This document shows, piece by piece, positions 34,401-42,895 of a stretch of 64,000 nucleotides of DNA. The position numbers were made by a program, and so were the translations under genes. The notes under the pieces were generated by a model. That model was given only the letters and a program-made list of their open reading frames with translations. It did no database searches and had not been told where the DNA came from. Position 1 is the stretch's first letter. Each line of letters starts with the position of its first letter. The DNA lies in assembly GCA_905612305.1 (NCBI GenBank), contig CAJQRK010000007.1:11886-75885 (forward strand), given 5' to 3'. The DNA comes from an uncultured Flavobacteriales bacterium (lineage in GTDB: Bacteria > Bacteroidota > Bacteroidia > Flavobacteriales > BACL11).

Positions 34401-34436
34401 CAAGAAAAGAGTCGTAAATAGTAAGTATTTTCTCAT
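28425..34436 (-). CDS. 2003-aa cell-surface protein: signal peptide, cupredoxin-like domain, SprB-type repeats, PKD domain, T9SS type B (gliding-motility-associated C-terminal) sorting domain
   Basis: MRKYLLFTTLFLSLFLTQNISA signal peptide. YYYVCQPHAGMGMKGVIIVN type-1 Cu motif. Repeats such as CNGGDDGQAEVSVLGGTPGYTYLWDNG. PKD segment FIWDFGDGSQ..HQY. C-terminus VFTPNGDKYNEVFHF...YNRWGVKVY...GVYFF..GSITLIR. Confidence 0.85.
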   Translation of the reverse strand: MRKYLLFTTLFLSLFLTQNISAQITNLGNTFTPDTITITTGTAITFSLIATHNAVEVDQATWIANGMTSNGGFNIPFGGGSFTPVIAQTYYYVCQPHAGMGMKGVIIVNPLLPVTLDSVVTTTPIMCYGDIDTVTVYMTQTTPGTPVKLLNYKYTGALLFAFGSSGITTGETQPFSSLGWQQPLVANYRVFIVDSALVYAAYPPQTQNPNAAPNIQQAQLQNPTDPLLSEYMDFMVDSSPPQLIVSGNIVPPPPAVGNSINIFTSGGAPGYTYSWTGPNAFGSSSANITNLSPGNYTVIATDLNGCDDDSIFTIPPPPPSWDCNPGNGCSDPGTGLGSYNDSLVCAQICPMCDHGNSSAVNVTCFPALDGQIQINNAFGAPPFTYSLDTVPFLSPLYPTQLSTNSTWTTNDTSHTFSSSTPNSSGNYQLGKATYYYTFEDSNGCDSTVTIFVNRDGEPFVVDTLIAFVSDTINLNGAFTINLALGSGYPDTLNPSYNYVWYNSLGNVLQNSSSNTLSSIDTGLYSVVITDNGPYTCSSYPIILQMNLAPTCFVDNFLLHNICPGASEGQVSLNLGSGWSGSQFFDLSFDSIGLPNRDTIGGLNAGIYNFILTPDTTSTCTIDTVTIEILEPELYLITRLNTVSGDILCSNDSTQIIVEFDNPDPSISYTYQIRDVFGNPLIPANPVGDTSFQYLIAGDYSIRLYQNNAWCVPSSYPFIIDEYQLDIVDVVPFPDVCGSQFDGSITVQIDLSPSNPPISYFINGASILSSSNLSETFFPVTHGFYDSIYVKDNLGCEVYWDILVEVKDSISTNISPPIVIKETCRENDGIISFIPSGGASPYTVLINSVLSATVDEPDTVFIIGLTAGTYIISVIDSDSCAVPDFEVIVEKVVPLELLSIDKIKESCCGFDGSIFTNILKGDGDTVEYRISFDNIAIAIDSNVGVYPFMDGLNVWPSQSFITDFNNDPAHIQDSANFVNLTRGYYKINISDEFGCQDSVDYISYLATTSSVNTKLGIDTSLASQLDMQISFTNMLCYDSINATVQVLYPNVCYDYQLWLYNDTLNPNLITTDSSSSIDSLIYYDYLYKGIYGVQAISYSKYPGCVVRSDTFEILEPEVISYDSPLSSAVYCTNPGTCDGEVWLPNSPVGGIPDTSSFAGYSVYKYYINRVNTSVNYFSGPILSDSMFSGLCVGEYEVQVLDGNNCIIRDTVSVLDSSLYIDSFLVTTISCYDSSDAVMEVYVHGGKGPIYTYVWKDSTNTIVDSLLISQTDSLTEGMYFVTVYDSVGCFAMDSASVLPAPNQLALAAKREDYSLPESCLGESYDGSIAFEIRGGTKPYTFNWELYNNPAVNGSYTANAIYCDTCTSYQWDHIQFDSIYVLDGLTADLYRISITDANGCSDTLWLPIDSFRVLALNQNHPLIIDTILYPDSVCYGTSTGEIIINVNDSATWPLIYSIDSGLTSQADSFFLYLYADTFNIVVTDVYGCTIDTTVIINQYDSLGIFDEKINVSCYNGNDGSIEVSAFGGVGPYDWQWDNTISIPVGHPQQLDPLIENLQIGTYTVTVTDSKGCVAVADSIEIIQPSPVQLFDTVIQDVSCNGGDDGQAEVSVLGGTPGYTYLWDNGGTDSINYSLEAVLNTCTVTDANECTASITVDISEPTQLELTLQITNNLCAGEANGVITIMATGGTPSYQYSLNNDTPQPNSTFSNLSSNDYLLSVFDINDCPLDSSNVLVTDSGEIILTATVTSLSCYQSEDGKLEIIFTGGVAPYEYTINRSGSFFDNGIVFEQMDALEANNLNVGNYSIVVTDHHGCKDTLSGMLVDQPDEIIADFILSEILINKGKTVYLTNLSSPLSGNNPVNQFIWDFGDGSQEDYAFEPTHQYITQGSYIISLTANNLDLSDDCSSTFTSSIDVEGYDVNNVFTPNGDKYNEVFHFNDEMLSKLYVRIYNRWGVKVYHWETPQGSWDGKGYNGELLPEGVYFFTMEATGEKGNSYIEKGSITLIR

Positions 34437-34488
34437 ATATAATCTATTTTCTTAAAAATTTTTTTATTAGAGTACCTCCTCTAGTTCG

Positions 34489-34496
34489 CAAACATA
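34489..34496 (-). promoter_or_regulatory. candidate -7 box for the adhesin operon
   Basis: The minus strand reads TATGTTTG, 52 nt upstream of the ATG at 34436. Confidence 0.3.
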
Positions 34497-34540
34497 CGAA
34501 AATTTATCAAGACCTACTATACATGTAAGCTTTAAAGATG

Positions 34541-34548
34541 TACTTTTG
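34541..34548 (+). promoter_or_regulatory. candidate -7 box for the helicase gene
   Basis: TACTTTTG, 17 nt upstream of the ATG at 34566. Confidence 0.35.
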
Positions 34549-34565
34549 AACACCTATTTCTTAAT

Positions 34566-36848
34566 ATGATTGATTACCTAAAACAGTTAAATCCTGAACA
34601 AAAAAAAGCAGCGGAACACACCAAAGGTCCTTTAATGGTAATAGCCGGTGCTGGGTCAGGAAAAACAAGAGTGCTTACATGTCGTATTGTGCATTTATTA
34701 AAATCAGGTGTTAGTCCGCATAATATTTTGTCACTTACCTTTACCAACAAAGCGTCCAAAGAAATGCGCAATAGGATTGAAAAAATTGTAGGAGATCCTG
34801 AAGCAAGAAGCTTGTGGATGGGAACTTTTCATTCAGTTTTCTCTAAAATATTACGCTTTGAAGCCGAAAAATTAAACTACCCTTCCAGCTTTACAATTTA
34901 CGATACTGATGACTCCAAAAGTTTGGTGAGAAGTATTATTAAAGAATTGAATCTGGATAAAGATGTTTATAAAGTTGGGTTTATTAGAAATAGGATTTCT
35001 TCCCTTAAAAACAATTTTATCACTCCTAATGGATATAACAATGAGGCTGAATTAGTGCAAAGTGATAAAATTACAAAGCGAACAGAATTTGGCAGAATTT
35101 ATCAAATGTATGAACAAAGATGCAAAAAAGCATCCGCAATGGATTTTGATGATTTATTATTGAAAACCTATCAATTACTGGAAAATCATTCAGATGTACT
35201 ATTAAAATATCAAGAGAAATTTAAATACATTTTGATTGATGAGTATCAAGACACAAATCATATACAATACCTGATCATTAAAAAACTTGCTACACTAAAT
35301 GAGAACATTTGTATTGTTGGAGATGATGCCCAAAGTATTTACGCTTTTAGGGGTGCAAATATTCAAAATATCCTAAACTTTAAGGTTGACTACCCAGATT
35401 ATAAAACCTATAAGCTCGAACAAAATTATCGCTCTACATCCACTATTGTTAAGGCGGCAAATAGCATTATCAAACACAACGAAAAGCAGATTGAAAAAAA
35501 TATTTGGACAGATAATACTGAAGGAGATAAAATAATTGTTTGTAAAACTGGATCTGACAATGATGAAGGACGGCTGGTTGCCAATACGATTACAGATATA
35601 CAGATGCGAGAGCAAGTTCACAATAAAGATTTTGCAATACTGTACAGAACAAATGCACAATCAAGAGCTTTAGAAGAATCTCTCAGAAAAAGAAATATAC
35701 CTTATAAAATATACGGTGGGCTTTCATTTTATCAAAGAAAAGAGATTAAAGATTTACTCGCCTATTATCGCCTAGCCATTAACCCTAATGATGAGGAAGC
35801 TTTTAAGCGAATCATCAATTATCCAACAAGAGGAATTGGAGCCACTACCATTCAAAGATTAAACATTTTTGCAAACGAATACAACAAAAGTATTTGGGAA
35901 GTTATTGCTCATTTAGGAGAAATTGAAATTAATATTAATAAAGGAACGCGAAGCAAGTTGAAAGAATTTGCTATAATGATTAATAATTTCATCATCAACG
36001 CCAAACAAAAAGATGCTTACACTGTTGCTGAAGAAATCACCAAATCAACTGGCTTGTTTAATGATTTATATACTGACAAATCTCCTGAAGGAGTAAGTAG
36101 ATTTGAGAACATTCAAGAGCTATTAAATGGCATAAAAGATTTTAGCAAAACAGCCGAAAAGGGGCTGAATAAATTGCCTGATTTCATGCAAGATGTAGCG
36201 CTACTTACTGATCAGGACAAAGAAACTGAAGATGATTTTAACAAAGTAACATTAATGACTGTGCATGCTGCAAAAGGACTGGAGTTTCCTTATGTTTTTG
36301 TTGTTGGACTGGAAGAACAGCTATTCCCCTCTATGATTAGTGGCGAAAGCCAAGAAAACTTAGAAGAAGAAAGGCGATTATTCTATGTGGCAATTACTCG
36401 TGCTGAAAAACGGCTTTTCTTATCATTTGCAACAAGCCGATTCAAGTGGGGACAATTCATTGATTGTGAACCTAGCCGATTTATAAGTGAACTGGACGAT
36501 AGCTTTTTAGAAAAACACGAATTAGAACCTAAAAAGAAAAAAGAATTTAGCCCACATAAAATTTATGCAAAAACAAAATACGCTAAAAAACCAATCTCAG
36601 CGCCTACTAAAAAATTTATAGCTCCAAAAAATTTAACCAATATAAATAGAGTAAAAAATATTCCTATTAATGCGAGTGACCTTAGTGAAATACAAACAGG
36701 AATGCAAGTTAAACACGCTAGCTTTGGGAATGGGAAAGTGCTAAGTATTTCTGGAGAGGGCTCTAACAAAAAAGCCATGGTGTTTTTTACAGGAATAGGA
36801 CAAAAACAGCTTCTTCTTAAATTCGCAAAATTAGAATTGCTAAAATAA
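34566..36848 (+). CDS. UvrD/PcrA/Rep-family ATP-dependent DNA helicase
   Basis: 760 aa with SF1 motifs GAGSGKT, FTNKAS, DEYQDTN, QNYRS, TVHAAKGLEF. Confidence 0.93.
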   Translation: MIDYLKQLNPEQKKAAEHTKGPLMVIAGAGSGKTRVLTCRIVHLLKSGVSPHNILSLTFTNKASKEMRNRIEKIVGDPEARSLWMGTFHSVFSKILRFEAEKLNYPSSFTIYDTDDSKSLVRSIIKELNLDKDVYKVGFIRNRISSLKNNFITPNGYNNEAELVQSDKITKRTEFGRIYQMYEQRCKKASAMDFDDLLLKTYQLLENHSDVLLKYQEKFKYILIDEYQDTNHIQYLIIKKLATLNENICIVGDDAQSIYAFRGANIQNILNFKVDYPDYKTYKLEQNYRSTSTIVKAANSIIKHNEKQIEKNIWTDNTEGDKIIVCKTGSDNDEGRLVANTITDIQMREQVHNKDFAILYRTNAQSRALEESLRKRNIPYKIYGGLSFYQRKEIKDLLAYYRLAINPNDEEAFKRIINYPTRGIGATTIQRLNIFANEYNKSIWEVIAHLGEIEININKGTRSKLKEFAIMINNFIINAKQKDAYTVAEEITKSTGLFNDLYTDKSPEGVSRFENIQELLNGIKDFSKTAEKGLNKLPDFMQDVALLTDQDKETEDDFNKVTLMTVHAAKGLEFPYVFVVGLEEQLFPSMISGESQENLEEERRLFYVAITRAEKRLFLSFATSRFKWGQFIDCEPSRFISELDDSFLEKHELEPKKKKEFSPHKIYAKTKYAKKPISAPTKKFIAPKNLTNINRVKNIPINASDLSEIQTGMQVKHASFGNGKVLSISGEGSNKKAMVFFTGIGQKQLLLKFAKLELLK

Positions 36849-36926
36849 TCAATGAATTTTCAGAACATATAAATCTAGTAAAATCTCAGAAGCTATGCTA
36901 CGCATAGTATTTACTTTTTCATGCTA

Positions 36927-36934
36927 TATTTTTG
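36927..36934 (+). promoter_or_regulatory. candidate -7 box for the two-component operon
   Basis: TATTTTTG, 79 nt upstream of the ATG at 37014. Confidence 0.25.
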
Positions 36935-37013
36935 TTAAACAATAATATATTTATTATTTCTTTAATAAATACACTAACTTTATAAACGCTAAAAACTACT
37001 CAATAAAAATTTA

Positions 37014-37886
37014 ATGTTACAGATTTTAATTAATATTTCCCTATTACAAACACAATGGCTCTTAATTTACGCATTACTGCCTATTGTTGGTTTGATAATC
37101 ACTATTAAATTATTTAGAAGATCACAAAAAAGAGACATTGAGAGTTTATTATATATTCAGAAAACGAAAGCTGCAAAAGAAATTATAGATGAATATGAGA
37201 AAATTGACAGCTGGTTCGCAAGTGAATTACATGATGATATTGGAGGCTCAATATCAGCAGTAAAACTCAATATATCAGCAATAGAAGAAGCTATTACATT
37301 AGGAATATTGTCTTTTTCACAAGATGCTCACAAACAGCTATCACAAGATGCCGATAGAATAGGTATGGACATGTCAAAATATAAGGTTTTAAATACTGCA
37401 TTAAAAAAAGAAATTAAAAATCTTGGGAATGTCACTGATAAAATTCGAAAATTATCCCACTATCTTGCTCCTATTTCTTTTGAAAATCAATTATTTCAAA
37501 ATTTACTAGAGGAAAAAATATCAAACTTATTCCCACAATCAATTAATTTTTCTTTTCAATTATACCCTAAAGATGAGTTAAATAATATTAGTACTGATAT
37601 GAAATTTAATATTTATCGTGTTTTACAATGTTTATCTTCAAATACAATCGTCCATTCAAAAGCAAAAAATGTAAATATTCATGTAGTTGGACATAAAGAT
37701 TATCTTAGTTTATTAATAGAAGATGATGGTATTGGTTTTGACAAAGACAAAGAAAATAATGGTATAGGGCTACAGCTCGCAAAGAAAAGAGTGCTTTTAT
37801 TTGACGGAGAAATAGAAATAGATTCACAAAAAGAAAAAGGGACAACAATCACAATTGATATTCCTTATAAAAACACTAAAATATGA
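37014..37886 (+). CDS. sensor histidine kinase (HisKA_3 / NarL-LiaS type), no extracytoplasmic sensor domain
   Basis: 290 aa. Hydrophobic N-terminus (LLIYALLPIVGLIITIKLF), H-box ELHDDIGG, and HATPase_c region (NGIGLQLAKKRV, GTTITIDIP). Confidence 0.85.
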   Translation: MLQILINISLLQTQWLLIYALLPIVGLIITIKLFRRSQKRDIESLLYIQKTKAAKEIIDEYEKIDSWFASELHDDIGGSISAVKLNISAIEEAITLGILSFSQDAHKQLSQDADRIGMDMSKYKVLNTALKKEIKNLGNVTDKIRKLSHYLAPISFENQLFQNLLEEKISNLFPQSINFSFQLYPKDELNNISTDMKFNIYRVLQCLSSNTIVHSKAKNVNIHVVGHKDYLSLLIEDDGIGFDKDKENNGIGLQLAKKRVLLFDGEIEIDSQKEKGTTITIDIPYKNTKI

Positions 37887-38536
37887 GCACAAAAGAAATA
37901 TTAGGATTAAGGACTATTGTTATTGATGACCATAAGTTATTTGCAAACGGATTATCTTCAATTCTTGAAAGCATAGGATTAAAAATAGTCGCAACTTTTG
38001 AAAACGGAAAAGATGCCATGAGTTACATTAGAAATAATGAAATAGATCTTATTTTTTCGGATATTAATATGCCAGAGATGAATGGCATTCAGCTTTGCAA
38101 ACAACTAAAAGAAGAAAAAATAACTACTAAAGTAATTATAGTTAGTATGTATGAAGATGCTAACATAATAAAGGAAGTATTTACGAATGGCGCCAATGCT
38201 TATGTGAGTAAAAATACAGACAAAAAAGAAATTATAACTGCTATCAAAAACTGTTTAAAGGAAAAGAAATATGTACATAAAAAATTGGTGACAAACAAGC
38301 AAAAAATATTAGAAAATCAAGATGATTTTATATTACAATACAAACTAACTTTAAGGGAAAGAGAAATACTTCAACTAATACTTCAAGAAAAAAGCAACCA
38401 AGAAATAAGTACACTTTTAGTAATTAGCAAACGAACAGTTGAAACCCACAAAAAAAATACTTTTCTAAAATTAGGAGTTAAAAATAATATCGGACTCGCA
38501 AAAATCGCCATAAAAAATAAATTATTTGAAATCTAA
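37883..38536 (+). CDS. LuxR/NarL-family response regulator
   Basis: 217 aa. REC domain (..LIFSDINMPEMNG..) plus C-terminal LuxR HTH (LTLREREILQL..SNQEIS..L.IS.RTVETHKKN). ATGA start/stop overlap with the kinase. Confidence 0.9.
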   Translation: MSTKEILGLRTIVIDDHKLFANGLSSILESIGLKIVATFENGKDAMSYIRNNEIDLIFSDINMPEMNGIQLCKQLKEEKITTKVIIVSMYEDANIIKEVFTNGANAYVSKNTDKKEIITAIKNCLKEKKYVHKKLVTNKQKILENQDDFILQYKLTLREREILQLILQEKSNQEISTLLVISKRTVETHKKNTFLKLGVKNNIGLAKIAIKNKLFEI

Positions 38537-38606
38537 TAATTTGTATTTTCTCAAGAATAATGCTATAAAGACTCTGACTTCTAATAGATTAAATAATTCA
38601 CGCCTA

Positions 38607-38631
38607 CGTAATTCCCTTAGGGGTAATTACG
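38607..38631. repeat. 25-nt imperfect palindrome
   Basis: CGTAATT-CCC-TTA-GGG-G-TAATTACG (7 + 3 bp arms with a one-nt offset), 71 nt after the response-regulator stop. No T-tract follows. Confidence 0.6.
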
Positions 38632-38867
38632 CATAAAATAGACCAAACAATATTCATATAATTGCACTATGATTTTAAAAATGATATTAGTATTAGGGGT
38701 GGCCTCATTATTTTTACCATCAACAGTAGAAAAGAATAATTCTTAGTGGATAAAACAGAAGTATTTTATTTGATTATTCTTATTTGATTATCGCTAGTAA
38801 TAGTGATCTTAATGTAGACTTTTCGTTCAGTACATGTTTTGTAAAAAGACAGAATACTGGGTTTTGA

Positions 38868-38905
38868 AAGAGGGTGGTTTCAATACTTGTTCCGCCCTCT
38901 TTTTT
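38868..38905 (+). terminator. Rho-independent terminator hairpin, possibly bidirectional (abuts the ribF stop)
   Basis: AAGAGGGTGG (38868-77) pairs with CCGCCCTCTT (38892-901): 10 bp including one G-U, with a 14-nt loop. TTTTTTATTT follows on the + strand; on the - strand only TTTC follows. Confidence 0.6.
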
Positions 38906-38907
38906 AT

Positions 38908-39837
38908 TTAGATTCTAAAAAAAAATTTGCAATTACTTTCATCAATCTGCAACTGTTTCTTCAAAAGTTCTAAATTGCCAAATCGCTTTTCTTCTCTAAT
39001 TCTTTTTACAAATTGTACTTTTATATCAGTACCATAAATATCAGATAAAAAATCAAAAATATGTACTTCTATTTTATGTTCATTATCTGATAGTGTTGGT
39101 CTTTTACCTATATTTAGCATTCCATAAAATTGTTTCTCACCCAACTTTACCTTAACAGCATACACCCCATCAGCAGGAATTAATTTCCACTTATTTTCTA
39201 CTAAAATATTTGCAGTAGGAAAACCAATTGTTCTACCCCTTGCATTTCCTTTTACTACTTTTCCATTAACTGGATAGAAATACCCTAAATAAGTAGCTGC
39301 TTTTTCAACATCACCAACAAGCAATAACTCTCTTACTTTTGTAGAGCTTATAGTAACATCTCCTTCATTTTGCGGTAGTATTTTTTCCAATTCAAAATTA
39401 TATAATTCGGCAAGCTCTTTCAAATCATTATATGACCCTTCTCTGTTCCTCCCAAAATGATGATTATACCCTACAACCATGTGCTTCATTTTTAACTTAT
39501 TTACTAATAAGTCTCTGATAAAATTAACTGATTTCGTTCTTGAGAATTCTTTTGTAAATTCGTGCACAACAAAGTGTTGTAATCCTGATTTTTTCAATTC
39601 TTCAGTTTTTTCATCAATGGTATTAAGTAATTTAAGTTGCTGATCATCCGGATACAAAACATGCCTTGGATGCGGGTAAAAAGTAAGCAAAACGCTTTCG
39701 AACCCTTGCTTTTTTGCAATATCATTTAGCCTTTTAATTACCTGTTTATGCCCTTTATGTACTCCATCAAAAGTACCTGTAGTAATTATTGTATTTATTT
39801 CTGAAGGAAAATCTTCAATGGAATGGTATACTTTCAC
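38908..39837 (-). CDS. ribF: bifunctional riboflavin kinase / FAD synthetase
   Basis: 309 aa. FAD synthetase motif GTFDGVHKGH and riboflavin kinase C-domain (..GFPTANI..). GTG start as given in the track. Confidence 0.93.
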   Translation of the reverse strand: MKVYHSIEDFPSEINTIITTGTFDGVHKGHKQVIKRLNDIAKKQGFESVLLTFYPHPRHVLYPDDQQLKLLNTIDEKTEELKKSGLQHFVVHEFTKEFSRTKSVNFIRDLLVNKLKMKHMVVGYNHHFGRNREGSYNDLKELAELYNFELEKILPQNEGDVTISSTKVRELLLVGDVEKAATYLGYFYPVNGKVVKGNARGRTIGFPTANILVENKWKLIPADGVYAVKVKLGEKQFYGMLNIGKRPTLSDNEHKIEVHIFDFLSDIYGTDIKVQFVKRIREEKRFGNLELLKKQLQIDESNCKFFFRI

Positions 39838-39874
39838 TTAATTATTTTGATTTTATTTATGTTGAAAAAGTGTT

Positions 39875-39882
39875 CAAAATTA
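39875..39882 (-). promoter_or_regulatory. candidate -7 box for ribF
   Basis: The minus strand reads TAATTTTG, 37 nt upstream of the ribF start. Confidence 0.3.
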
Positions 39883-39931
39883 ACAATTAATTTTATCCTA
39901 TAAAGATAAGTACTACCCAATTTAAAAACAG

Positions 39932-39939
39932 TAAATTTG
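39932..39939 (+). promoter_or_regulatory. candidate -7 box for atpDC
   Basis: TAAATTTG, 45 nt upstream of the ATG at 39985. Confidence 0.35.
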
Positions 39940-39951
39940 CAGCCGATTTAA

Positions 39952-41493
<1,542 letters not shown>

Positions 41494-41500
41494 TTAAATA

Positions 41501-41737
41501 ATGAGATTAGAAATAATAACAACAGAAAAAGAAGTTTTCAAAGGAGAAGTTACTTCTATAAAATTTCCTGGAATATTAGGAGAGTTTGAAGTGCTAAATA
41601 ATCACGCTCCAATTATCTCTACCTTAACAAGTGGTGTAATTAGAGTGATAACATCTGAAAACAATACTGAAAATTTTGACATTAATGGTGGAGTAATTGA
41701 AATGCAAAACAATAACATTATTGTTTTAGCAGATTAA
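41501..41737 (+). CDS. atpC: F1 ATP synthase epsilon subunit (short form, beta-sandwich only)
   Basis: 78 aa immediately after atpD, with an ..GEFEVLNNHAPIIS.. epsilon motif. Confidence 0.88.
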   Translation: MRLEIITTEKEVFKGEVTSIKFPGILGEFEVLNNHAPIISTLTSGVIRVITSENNTENFDINGGVIEMQNNNIIVLAD

Positions 41738-41760
41738 TTTTATTAAAATAAATTATCAAA

Positions 41761-41790
41761 AAAGAGGACTAATATCAGTCCTCTTTTTTA
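41761..41790 (+). terminator. Rho-independent terminator after atpC
   Basis: AAAGAGGACT-aatatc-AGTCCTCTTT followed by TTT. Confidence 0.75.
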
Positions 41791-41800
41791 TGTTTGAAAA

Positions 41801-42442
41801 ATGAAAAAATACTATTATTTACTTTTTATTTCAATCCTTTCTTGTAATACTAATTTTCAATTAGAAGAAGGAGATTTATTATTTCAAGATCTAGACTCTT
41901 CTCCTCTTTGTGATGCAATTGAATTAGTAACTCCTGGCTATAAAGGAGCTAACTTCTCTCATATCGGATTAGTTGTTTTTGATAATGGAAAACTTAAAGT
42001 ATTAGAAGCAATCCCTCCAAAAGTAATCCTAACAGAAATTGATAATTTTTTAAATCGTTCTTTTGATAAAGATGGAAACTCGAAAGTAATTGTAGCTAGA
42101 TTAGAAAATCATTACAAGAGCTCAATTCCCGCTGCTATTAATTTTACAAAAGAGCGATTAGGAGTAAGATATGATGACGTCTTTTTGATAGACAACAACT
42201 CCTATTATTGCTCAGAACTTATTTATGAAGCCTTTGAAAAAGACAGTATTTTCAGGCTACAACCAATGACTTTTCTCCATCCTGAAACTAAAGACACTTT
42301 ATCAATATGGAAGGAATACTATTCTGACTTAAAGGTTGAGATACCGCAAAACAAATTAGGAATTAATCCTGGAATTATGTCGTTATCTGATAAGATTGAA
42401 ATAGTACATTTTTACGGAATTCCAGATGGGATGAAAAAATAA
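41801..42442 (+). CDS. YiiX/YaeF-family permuted papain-like (C92) lipoprotein
   Basis: 213 aa. Lipobox-like ..ISILSC. Also EGDLLFQD, FSHIGLV and YYCSELIYEAF motifs, as in the YiiX family. Confidence 0.6.
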   Translation: MKKYYYLLFISILSCNTNFQLEEGDLLFQDLDSSPLCDAIELVTPGYKGANFSHIGLVVFDNGKLKVLEAIPPKVILTEIDNFLNRSFDKDGNSKVIVARLENHYKSSIPAAINFTKERLGVRYDDVFLIDNNSYYCSELIYEAFEKDSIFRLQPMTFLHPETKDTLSIWKEYYSDLKVEIPQNKLGINPGIMSLSDKIEIVHFYGIPDGMKK

Positions 42443-42895
42443 TTACTCCTTATTTTTGGTATCTATAATAATGGTTACTGGCCCATCATTTATTAAAGAA
42501 ACTTTCATATCCGCACCAAATGTTCCTGATTGCACTTGACTTCCAATTGATTCAGATAAATCCTTTTTAAATTGTTCGTATAAAGGGATTGCTTGCACTG
42601 GCCTAGCTGCTTTTATATAAGAAGGTCTATTCCCTTTTTTAGTTTTGGCATGCAAAGTAAACTGACTTACCACAATTATTTCCCCGTCCACAACCGTAAT
42701 GGATTTATTCATTACTCCCTTTTCATCTTGAAAAATACGGAGCTGAACAATCTTATTAGCGAGCCAAATAGCATCTTCTTTTGCATCATCAATTTCAATA
42801 CCCAAAAAGATTAATAATCCTTGATTAATATCTGCAACTTTTTGCTCACCAATTACAACTAAGGCTTCACTTACTCTTTGGATTACCGCTCTCAT
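42443..42895 (-). CDS. dtd: D-aminoacyl-tRNA deacylase
   Basis: 150 aa, MRAVIQRVSEA start, ..SQFTL.. and ..NDGPVT.. motifs. Confidence 0.93.
   Translation of the reverse strand: MRAVIQRVSEALVVIGEQKVADINQGLLIFLGIEIDDAKEDAIWLANKIVQLRIFQDEKGVMNKSITVVDGEIIVVSQFTLHAKTKKGNRPSYIKAARPVQAIPLYEQFKKDLSESIGSQVQSGTFGADMKVSLINDGPVTIIIDTKNKE

Noticed and set aside
23203-34565. Possibility that the adhesin block is a mobile genomic island.
   Set aside because: I could find no integrase, transposase or recombinase ORF, no flanking tRNA, and no terminal direct or inverted repeats. Both flanks look like ordinary promoter/terminator spacers.
36893-36907. Small hairpin CTATGC-TAC-GCATAG followed by T-rich sequence after the helicase gene.
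   Set aside because: A 6-bp stem with a 3-nt loop and an interrupted T-tract is too weak to call a terminator with any confidence.
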